DNA of 64,000 nucleotides, taken from contig MU058444.1 in NCBI GenBank assembly GCA_013265495.1, positions 2,046,001 to 2,110,000 on the forward strand, given 5' to 3'. The translations under genes were made by a program, and so were the position numbers. The notes below the pieces were generated by a model. The model was not told where the DNA came from. It saw only the letters and a program-made list of their open reading frames with translations, and did not search any database. Source of the stretch: Vicugna vicugna. Its lineage: Eukaryota. Below are positions 52,351 through 61,975 of the stretch, piece by piece. Every line of letters starts with the position of its first letter. Position 1 is the stretch's first letter.

Positions 52351-53052
52351 CTAAACAAGCAAGAGAGATCCGGGTGGGGATTAAAATCCACTGCTTGATG
52401 TCGAATACCTGGGAGCCTACGCATTATATGACCTGCAACACACCAGGCTTCAACCAAAGCTAGTGAAAACAGTAGGGCTCAGTATGAAGACACAGCCTCT
52501 AACAAATCAAAAAGTCCCCGTAAAAACGAGGAGAGAGCTTAGGTTTATACCAATTCAAACACACACACGTGCACAAGGGCTGAGTCTTCCCCCAAATGTA
52601 AGGATTCAGGTACCAATCACCAGAGGCAGCTCATCTTCCAGGGTTCAACCCCACGGGGGCCACACGCCAGGTGTACAGATACGTATCCAGTGCCTCACGG
52701 ATCACGCCTGCGTGCCGCACAAGACTGACTGACCCGAGGAGGGAGAATAAACTAGACCAGAGCGACGCCAAGGCCGAGAGACAACGACGCTCGTCACGCC
52801 AGCGGTGCCTACGGGGCGCTCTGTTCAGCTCCCATTGTAAACAGGGAAATGTTTCCTTAGTTTTGGGTTGTTTTAAACAAAACTCCTACTAGCCCACAAG
52901 GATAACAGAGGCTGAAAGAGTCTGTTAGCAATTAAGTATTAAAATAATACACCGATCAAATGTATCTGTAAAGCAAAGACGTGGGAACGGGAATTACCGG
53001 AGAGGAAGCTTGGGTTCAAACCGCAGCCCAGTCGGCTTAGAGCCAGAGTGCG

Positions 53053-53087
53053 AACGCCCCCTGGTGGTCACCTTGGGGAAATACAGC
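53053..53087 (-). promoter_or_regulatory. Putative CTCF site with upstream motif
   Basis: Minus strand reads TGTATTTCC-CCAAGG-TGACCACCAGGGGGCG. Confidence 0.7.
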
Positions 53088-53326
53088 GTCTTATACGTAG
53101 GGAAGCCTGGAAACCACCCAAAACCAAATACAGAACTGTACGTTGCTACTTTTTAGGCACCTCTTTCCGAAGTAGCAGACGCGTAAGACTGAGAGAAGTG
53201 GGATGAAAATATCTTATTTTCCCTGCTTCAGCTTTCAAGCTTCTGACTCCAAAACGGAAGGTCAGGGGACAGTGGAAACTGCTGGCACAGACTCGCCATC
53301 CCTTTGGCAGCAGAAAATCAAACTAC

Positions 53327-53857
53327 CTTGGTGTAGAGAGCCCGGAAGCGCTCGGTGGCGCGGTCCAGCCTGCCCTGGACCTCTCTTTGGGCGGCAGAGG
53401 CGTCCAGGTGGCCCCGCTCGGCCCCGCCGCACGAGCTGGCGGCTTCCAGCACTCTGTTCCCGGAGATGGTGATGTACCGCAGGTCCCCTTTGTGAGAGAT
53501 GACGTCCTCCGAGAAACTCCGCTGCCTCTGCAGCTTGGCCACCAGGCCCCCGAGGTCGTCGGCGCCCGCCTCCAGGTTCTCCAGCTCCTGCTCCGCCTGC
53601 TGCAGCCAGAGCTCGAACTCGCCCGCGTCGCCGGCGAACTTGTCCAGCTCCTCCCACAGCGAGCGGCTCAGGCGCACCCGCGTCTCGGCCGCCGCCAGGG
53701 CGGCGTCGTACTGCGTCTGCAGCTCCCGCGCGGTGCTCTGCAGCTTCTCCCGGTCCTCCGGGGGCAGGTGGTGGCCCTGCTTCTCCAGCAAGGCCTGGGC
53801 CGCCTGGGTGGCCACGAGGACGGCCTGCTGCTGGGCGGCGATCTCCTCGTGCCGGGC
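53327..53857 (-). CDS. DST: Dystonin exon ARHEEIAA...ALYTK (531 nt, spectrin repeats)
   Basis: ccgcag acceptor, AAG|gtagtt donor. Contains the [19 protein letters not shown] motif of DST/MACF1. Confidence 0.95.
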
Positions 53858-54266
53858 CTGCGGGGGACAGCAGACGGCCGGGTGGTCAGACGGGGCGCAG
53901 GGGCGGGGACGGGGGAACCTGCCGCCTCGGGGACCCTCACCCTGAGCCGGTCTGCAAAGCCGACTGAGCCCAGTTTTAAATCCAAACTCCATCCCTTACT
54001 GGATGTGCACCCTCCAGCAAGATACCTCACTTCTGGAAGTTATGGTTTCCTCGGGTGTAAAATGATAATAATAATAATCACCACCACCACCATTTCCGCA
54101 TCAGGACAATGACAGCCTCACTCTACAGAGCGCTGGGGAGGGCGGCGTGAGTCCAGCTGGGAGGAGCTCAGAAGATGCCTGGCCCCCTGTGACTGCTCCA
54201 TAAACCTTCGCTATTACTATTATTTCTGTGAATTCCTTACAACCGTGCTTCAGGTAGAACACCACA

Positions 54267-54812
54267 TAAGTCAGACCGAGAAAGACGATCATGTGGTATC
54301 ACCTCTATGTGGAATTAAAAAATAAAATTAAAAAAGATACAAATTCTATTTTCACGGGCATAGAAAACAAACTATGGTTACCAAAGGGGACAGGGCAGGG
54401 GAGGGATAAATTAGGGGTTGGGGCTTAACGGACTCGCACTTCTAGATACAAAATAAGACAACTTAGGGCCGCGACTGAGTCTATGAGCCCCTCCAGGAGC
54501 CGAAACTGGCATATCCCCTCTACTTTAAGTTCTCTTTGCAAACAATAAAGGCTGTTTGCACCATAAAAAATAAAATAAAATAAAACAAAACAGATAAGCA
54601 ACCAGGACCTACTGTTTAGCACAGGGAACTATATTCAATTTCTTGTAATAACCTATAATGGAAAAGAACCTGAAAAGAAAATTTATATGCATGTATATGT
54701 ATCATTGAATCACTTTGCTGTACACCTGAAACTAACAATGTAAATTAACTACACTTCAATAAAAAAATTAAATACTCAAAAATTAATAAAAAATAAAATA
54801 AATTTAAAAAAT
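54267..54812 (+). mobile_element. LINE-1 3' fragment interrupted by a polyadenylated insert
   Basis: L1 3' UTR motifs on both sides of a non-L1 segment at ~54457-54590. Confidence 0.8.
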
Positions 54813-55028
54813 AGAAGAACGCCACAGCCATGAGTTTATTTCCCATTGTTATTGACTTGCTTAGAACTCTCACAGTAACTTACATCGACATAATGACAGA
54901 CCTAGAAAAAGGACTTGCCCCTCAATGGTCACTGAGGTCTGAAACGGTAACTCACGGGCTAAGTCCTTCCTGTCTTTACAGACCTGAGAAGAGACTCTAA
55001 TTCAGGTCATCTGTTTCAAACAACGCAC

Positions 55029-55295
55029 CTTCATCTTCTGGTACTGCTGGTTCAGATTCTCCTCGGTGGTTCCAACTCGCCCGTCAACCTCCATCTCCAA
55101 CAGGTTACCATTAACTTCATCCTCTTCTCCAATCGCTGACGTGCCATCCTCTTCTCGAAAATGCATCCCGTTCTGTTCCATCACCTGTTTCTGTTCCATG
55201 CCTGCCCTTTCAGAGTCTCTGTCAACACTGGACAACCAGTCCAAAAGGTTCTCTATTCTGCTTCTGTTCTCTTCCAGCTGTTTCACAGCTGCAAC
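55029..55295 (-). CDS. DST: Dystonin exon VAAVKQLE...YQKMK (267 nt)
   Basis: cccag acceptor, AAG|gtgcgt donor. Confidence 0.93.
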
Positions 55296-55599
55296 CTGGG
55301 CAGGGAAAGTTCACAGCAGGGACTCCTCAGTGTGGGCCAAGGCTTTCGTTTCAAGACATCCCCAATGCAGGTACTAAGATCTTTTAACATTAAAGTGGGG
55401 AACCTGAACACACACATGCTGAAAACTGAACACACTGAAATTAAGCCTTTCAGCCACTGACAGTCACTTTCAAGTTTTCATCATTCTTCAAAACACATTC
55501 CAAAACTTTTCATTGCCATCGATGAGACCACATACATTTCACACGGAGAAAGCCTCACAATGCCACGTCAACTTTTTTAAAAAGTTCAACCCCGCCTAC

Positions 55600-55773
55600 A
55601 AACTACTATGTACAAAATAAATAAGCTACAAGGATGTATTGTACAGCACAGGGAGGAGGGCCAATATGTTGTAACAGCCATACAGAGTACAACCTTTAAA
55701 AATTGTGAATCACTATGCTGTACACCTGAAACATGTAATACTGTACATCGACCCTACCTCAATTTAAGAAAAA
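55600..55773 (+). mobile_element. LINE-1 3' end fragment
   Basis: GTACAGCACAGGGA...TCACTATGCTGTACACCTGAAAC motif. Confidence 0.75.
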
Positions 55774-55978
55774 CATTTTTTTTAAGTTCAACAAAGCCAA
55801 CTCTTCAAACTCTGTAGTTTGGTCAGTTACATCCATGAAAACCCAGAATTCTAGTCCCTGGTACTAACAATACCCTTCATAAATCGAGGTGCTATTACAT
55901 CTATCATTTTTTTCTTTTTAAACACCTGTCATTTTCAATAAAGCCCCAGAACAGGGCATCACATATCTGAATAAGGAC

Positions 55979-56212
55979 CTTTTCTGTTTCTTCCTTGATC
56001 GCTGTCTTCACCACTTTCTCCAGCTCTTTTTTCGACTGTTCTGCCTTCAAATTAAGCTGTTCACACTTCATCTTTGCTTCTTTCAGTTTCTGCTCAATCA
56101 GAGCCTTGTCTTCTCCTGACAGCCTTTCCCCGCTCTCTTTTAAGAAGTTCTCTGTGTTTTTCACTATTTCCGCCAACGCCTGGGCACTTCCTTGCATGTC
56201 TTTCTGTAATTC
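55979..56212 (-). CDS. DST: Dystonin exon ELQKDMQG...EETEK (234 nt)
   Basis: atcag acceptor, AAG|gtcctt donor. Confidence 0.92.
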
Positions 56213-56958
56213 CTGATAAGACGAAAGAAAAAACACACCTTAGTAAAATTACTGCCCATTTCATTCTTCCAGAACTGCACTTTGAAAAGAGGGGGCGAGC
56301 AGAGGGGGACCCAGCACATACAGGTTAGAAAAGCATACTGAACACTATGTTAATTTGAGTTGGTTTTTAAAAATCACAATATTTAATATCATTTGAAATC
56401 TTTAACAGCATGAAAGAAAGGTGGGAGATTTTCACATCATCAAGTGGATGTGGTCTGTAAAACACTGAAAACAAGAATGTACTGAGTATATAATCCAGGC
56501 AAATTCGTACACACCAGATTTTTTTTTTACATTACGTGAGTCCATTTATAAAAGCTTTTAAATATAAGGTAATATTATTTATTCTGTTTCTAAACATTTA
56601 TTTTTAATATATACCTATTGCTCAGGGTAAAAACAAACAGTTTTCTAAGTTATGAACAAAGCTGTTCCTAAGATAGTTTCTATACCAAGATGGTTTCGCC
56701 GTCTACACGCCAGAGCCCTATAACATGTAATGTCTGCTGCTCTGCCCTGGCAGGTAAGAAGCTCAAGGTTAAAATCCCTCAACAGTCAGGGCTCCCCTCC
56801 GTCTAGATTTCTGAGTCATTTTTTCTTTCCTTGTCCTTTACTTTACACTTTCAGTCCATATATTGTACTATGTTTGAGCCTTTGTATTATTTTTTTCTCC
56901 ACACCTTTTTAAGCCTCCTCAAGTTTTTCTGGGACGTATCTGAATTGAAAGAGATACT

Positions 56959-57550
56959 GTCCAGTTTTCCCAGCAGCACACATTGAAGAGACTGTCTTTT
57001 CCCCACTGTGTATTTTCGCCTCCTTTGTCATAGGTTAATTGGCCTTATAAGTGTGGGTTTATTTCTGGGCTCTCTATTCTGTTCCATTGTTCTCGGTGTC
57101 TGTGTTTTGTGGCAGCACCATACTGTTTTGATTCCTACAGCTTTGTAGGATAGTTTGAAATCCAGGCGCATGATAACTCTAGCTTTGCCGTTCCTAAAGG
57201 CTGCATTGGGTACCTGGGTCTTTTGTGGTTCCATACACATTTGAGAATGATTTGCCCTAGTGCTGTGAAAAATGTCATGGGCATTTTGATAGGGATTGCA
57301 TTGTATCTGTAGATTGCTTTGGGTAGGATGGCCATTTTAACAATATTGATTCTTCCAATCCATTAAAACAACATATAAAAAAAATAAGACACAAGGATAT
57401 ATTGTACAGCACAGGGAATACAGCCAACACTTCATAATAACTTTAAATGGAGTATAATCTACACAAATGTTGAATCACTGTGTTGTACACCTGAAATGAA
57501 TATAATATTGTAAATCAACTATACTTTCACATAAACAAAATGTTTTTAAA
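56959..57550. mobile_element. 5'-inverted LINE-1 insertion
   Basis: Minus-strand ORF2 piece ([17 protein letters not shown]), then a plus-strand 3' end. TSD GAAAGAGATACT at 56947-56958 and 57551-57562. Confidence 0.85.
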
Positions 57551-58219
57551 GAAAGAGATACTCTTCACTGAGCGACGACTATGTGACAGCGACTGCTGGT
57601 CACTTCACACACAATATTTACTTGACTCTGACAATAACAAAGCAATGGGAGTGTAAGTAATGAAGACACTGAGGCTCAGAGAGATGAAGTCGTAAACCCG
57701 ACAGCCTGCAGAGTCTGGGAGTTGAACCAAGAGCTATCTCATTACAAGGAGATTGTTCTTTCTACTGACACCAAAAGAAAGATTTCTTTCTCTGTCATGA
57801 TTGTTTGCTCCTTCAAAAGAGCAAACTTCAGAGAAAGATGACAAGAATGAGAAGGAGCTGGGAAAGAGGAAGACCCCAAACTTGTGGCTATTTCTCCCGA
57901 CTTCAGGTGAATGAGTTGGCCTCTGATGGATCCTGATTTTACCTCATCACACAAGGTATTTCCATGATCAAACCTCCTTTATGTCTCCTCTACTCAATAT
58001 CTCACCCCAGAACAGTCCAGAAAACTACCTGGCTGGCTGCAGATGGAAATGTAAGTCTCGGGATGAAGTTTCAAGCTCCGGCCTGGGGGAGGTCTTAGCT
58101 GTGCCTTGCCTCAGGAAAGCTAAAATGATGGCTCCCTCCCAATAACCCCCACTGCTCTCCAAATACCCGTCATCGAACTTCCCATCGGCCAGACCCGCTG
58201 ACGCGAGACTCCGTCCCAC

Positions 58220-58372
58220 CTCTTGCTTGGACTGGTATTTCTTCAACTCGGCCGTGCCGTCTCTGATCACGAAGGCCTCCTGGTGGCCGATCAGGCGGTT
58301 CTCGGTTTGGGTGAGGAGATCACATATCCCCTGGAGCTTCTCCTTGTACTCCTGCTGGCGTTCTGCCACCAT
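58220..58372 (-). CDS. DST: Dystonin exon MVAERQQE...QSKQE (153 nt)
   Basis: tttcag acceptor, GAG|gtggga donor. Confidence 0.93.
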
Positions 58373-59589
58373 CTGAAATGGGTGAAACCAAAGCATCGGA
58401 AATGTGGCCACCGACTCAACTTCACGCGAACACATCCTGCAAGCTTCCCCTACACGAGCCTCCCTACGTATGCTGTAAACATGATAGCAGTGGGGTGCAG
58501 AGCACGCAGGCGACGCGGAAAGTGAGCGTGTGTCTCAGACACGAGGAGGGAGACCGTGTTTGGACGACACTGCTCAACAGAATACCGGCCATGCATAGGT
58601 GTCAGAGATGGAGCTTCTGACCGACAGACAGGAAGAGACGTTCCATTTTCTCAAGCTCTGGAAACCTGCGACACACACAATTAATTCTGCAAAAGGATAT
58701 CAAAACAGAAGTTAGTCGTGATTTGTCTGTTAACATATTCGATATGTGTAGATAGGTTATCATGCTGGAGACAGAGCCTGTGCTTCTGAAAGTTAAAATA
58801 AAATAAAACAGAACAAAACAGGAGCACTGCATGCGAGATCACTATGTAATCACTCTGACTAATTCCATCCCCACCTCTTTGCTCAGCAGTGCCATTAGTC
58901 ATGGCACTGTAATAAAATTCGTTCAGTCTTTCTAAGAGATTAATTTAGTGATGACCTGCATCTTTCATTTTCCTATTATATATACACTCTTTACGCATTC
59001 TCTAGTCACATGTGACGTTTACCAGGAGCTGGGCAAGGTCTCGAGGGTTCTGAATTCTTGCTTTTATCAATGCCCCCAGCACCACGGGGTAAGCACTGTT
59101 GCTCCTTCCAAGTGCCCAAAGAGAAAACTGGTTAAGGGACTTGCCCTGGGTCACACAGCGAGGGAGTGGTGAAACTGGGGCGTAACTCAGGCAGCCTGGC
59201 CCAGGGCCTAGCCCTAAACCTGCTATGACATTCCACCTCCCAGAGGTAAAAGATATCCTTAAACTTCTCCATCCGTACGTTCATCAATTTATCCCTGGAA
59301 GTTTCTCACTGCCTCCAGACTTCCTCCTCCTAGGAAAAAAATCCAAACTCTCCCCTGAAAACAGTAGTTTTAGGGAGTCATGAAAATTAAAATGGACAAA
59401 TTAAAGCATTACTGTGGGAAATAATACTTGCATACGTGGCAGCATCTCTACCTTATACCCTGTCCATCAATCTCCGTGCCAGAAAACCTTTCCTGTCTTC
59501 TCCTACCCGTGAGCCTTGGTGTCTACACCACAGGTTTCACACCGAAGAACTAAAAACAGAGCATTCCAACTCCACAAAGAAAGGCAGAC

Positions 59590-59823
59590 CTTCTGGTCAT
59601 CGAGAGCTTGTTCGAGCTGTAACTGAGTCTCTAAATGTTCCACCTGGGTAGTTACTGATTCCCGGACGTCAAGAAAGCACTTCTGAGTTGTGTTTAAGAG
59701 CCTGAGCAGTTGTTTGCTTTGGGTGGGAGACAGGTCTTGTGCGTGTTCAGAGATGAAAAACTGCACATCAAAGGCAGTGGTCTCCAGCTGCGTTTTGCTG
59801 TGTCCAAGGTCTTTCAACACATT
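59590..59823 (-). CDS. DST: Dystonin exon NVLKDLGH...LDDQK (234 nt)
   Basis: ttgcag acceptor, AAG|gtctgc donor, phase 0-0. Confidence 0.92.
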
Positions 59824-60549
59824 CTGCAAACAAAACAGTACGCGTCACCAACGGGGAGCTAAGCCATAATAGAAAGTTTATATTAACTGTAACATTTCTT
59901 ATAAAGTATGCTTCTTTTATCAGGAACTCAAGCTTCTGCCAACATTTTCTCCATGATTCAATCAACCTATTCATTAGTAATAACTGATAGTGATGAAATT
60001 ACTTAAATACCGAGACAACTAATATTCTATAAAAATAATCTCTTTCTGAATATTTTAACACTGTCTGGCAGACAGTTCCTTAAAATGTAACTCCGACAAA
60101 AGGGAAAGATCTCACTTGTGTACATTTAGCACACTGAAGGGAAATTGCAACATTAAAATACTATTTGCTGACGTTTACAGTATCTGTGTAACTGTGGTGG
60201 CACATAAACTAGACTATGGGGAATTGGCAACATAAATTTAACAGGGCAGAATTTTTGACTCGCAGGCCAGGTGTGTAACTGACCTCCACTCATGAATGTG
60301 CTGTTCAAATTAAGAACTTGGGAGGGAAGAAAAAAGCATGACAAAAGTGACCACTACTATGATGTGTCTATGTGGCTGACTTGAATTACTATGTCTTTAT
60401 GCGACTGATACACAAATAAGTACATAAATACAAATCTCAACATTCAGTGGTAGTATGAGTTGCATTAAGGCAGCAGGGACAGCGTCATAAAGCTGTGATG
60501 ATTTCACGCTGTGTCGCTATGAACAAATATCTCTTAGAAAGAAAGGAAA

Positions 60550-60870
60550 AGCTGGAAGCCTTTCTGCTAAAATCTGGAACAAGACAAGAATGCCCACTCT
60601 CACCACTTCCATTCAACACAGTATTGGAAGTCCTAGCCAAAGCAATCAGACAAGAAAAAAAAAAAAACAATAAAACAGGATCCAAATTGGAAGAGAAGAG
60701 GTAAAATGGCCACTATATGCAGATGACATGATACTATATGGAAATATGAATACGAATTTATGTTTGTATGTGCATGACTGGGACATGGTGCTGTACACCA
60801 GAAACTGACACACTGTAATTGACTATACTTCAATAAAAAATAAATAAATAAAATAAGATACTATACAGAG
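60550..60870 (+). mobile_element. LINE-1 ORF2 RT fragment with a nested L1 3' end
   Basis: [29 protein letters not shown] and a YADDMILY-coding stretch, followed by an L1 3' terminus with poly-A. Confidence 0.85.
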
Positions 60871-61013
60871 AGAAAGAAAGGAAATCATCCTTTATAGCTT
60901 TAGCAAAGTCACAAACATCTTTTCTAAACGTGAACAACATTTCTAAACATGTTATATTAAATCCACAGGCTTTTTTTTTTTAACTTACTTGTCTTACTTA
61001 TTTTGACACTTGC

Positions 61014-61163
61014 CTTGAGAAACTCCAAACTTTTCTTTATATGTTCAGTGTCCCGAATGCTCACGGTCTCAATACCCTCTACAGACCGGCTCTTCTCTGA
61101 TATCCAGCTGGAGAATGACTTCAGTTTGTGGAGAAACTCCCCGTGAGAAACTGCTAGTTTAGA
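61014..61163 (-). CDS. DST: Dystonin exon SKLAVSHG...LEFLK (150 nt, GC donor)
   Basis: ttctag acceptor. The frame is kept only with the non-canonical AAG|gcaagt donor. Confidence 0.88.
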
Positions 61164-61340
61164 CTAGAAAATAAAACTGCATGTTCATTTCGGTCTGTCC
61201 CCAAACTTCGAATTCCTACAAAACCTGATTATGTCTTAAGGGCTTAACAATTTAAAAATAAAATGCTTCATCCTGTGGCTAAATTTCCAACTTATCGATT
61301 TTCTTTCCAAACCCAAGTTGTGACCCCACGGGAGACCTAC

Positions 61341-61556
61341 CGTTTCAGAGTCGATGGCGAGCATGATGTGGTTCATTCTTTCTGAGGACGTGGCCCTGAG
61401 GGAGGAGAAGGCTGTCTCTAAACTCTGGAGGCTCATACTCATTTCCTTCAGAGGTCTCCTGGGGAAGTCACCAGGCAGAGACTTTAAAAAGTCCTCTGCC
61501 AACTTCATGTCTTTTCTTAAAATCACAGCCATTGGAGCCAACCCCAATTCAAAGGT
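61341..61556 (-). CDS. DST: Dystonin exon TFELGLAP...AIDSET (216 nt)
   Basis: tgcag acceptor, ACG|gtaggt donor, phase 0-0. Confidence 0.93.
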
Positions 61557-61698
61557 CTGCAAAACACACATATCCCAGGATCCATTCAGTGAGCAACACT
61601 AAACGTAGCCAACATTCCAAACATAAAAGTGCTCTGCTTAATTTTCCAAATTAACACCAGCCCACTACCCTCCATAACTGGCAGCAGACAATTCTTAC

Positions 61699-61848
61699 CT
61701 CTAACTGTTTCAGTTGGTTCTTCAAAGCTTCCAGGCTGCTGTTCGGAGACTCCTGGTTGTCCAAGGGGGGCTTCATATCTTGAAGCAAAGCCAAATACTG
61801 GGACATTTTTGACGTGTGCTGTAGACACTGCTGCAGCTCGCTGGCAAA
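61699..61848 (-). CDS. DST: Dystonin exon [10 protein letters not shown]...LKQLE (150 nt)
   Basis: tttag acceptor, GAG|gtaag donor, phase 0-0. Peptide matches recalled DST sequence. Confidence 0.93.
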
Positions 61849-61975
61849 CTAAACACAAATTCAGACACTCTAATTCAACAGCCTTTACGTGGAGTTTGAA
61901 AGCAAAGAAGACGGATGGGGTTATTCCCAAATATTCCATGCAGCTATTTCGTTATAAAAGGTAAAGTCAACTTAC

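Noticed and set aside
53262..54112. 241-aa and 148-aa plus-strand ORFs
   Set aside because: Antisense shadows of the GC3-rich DST exon.
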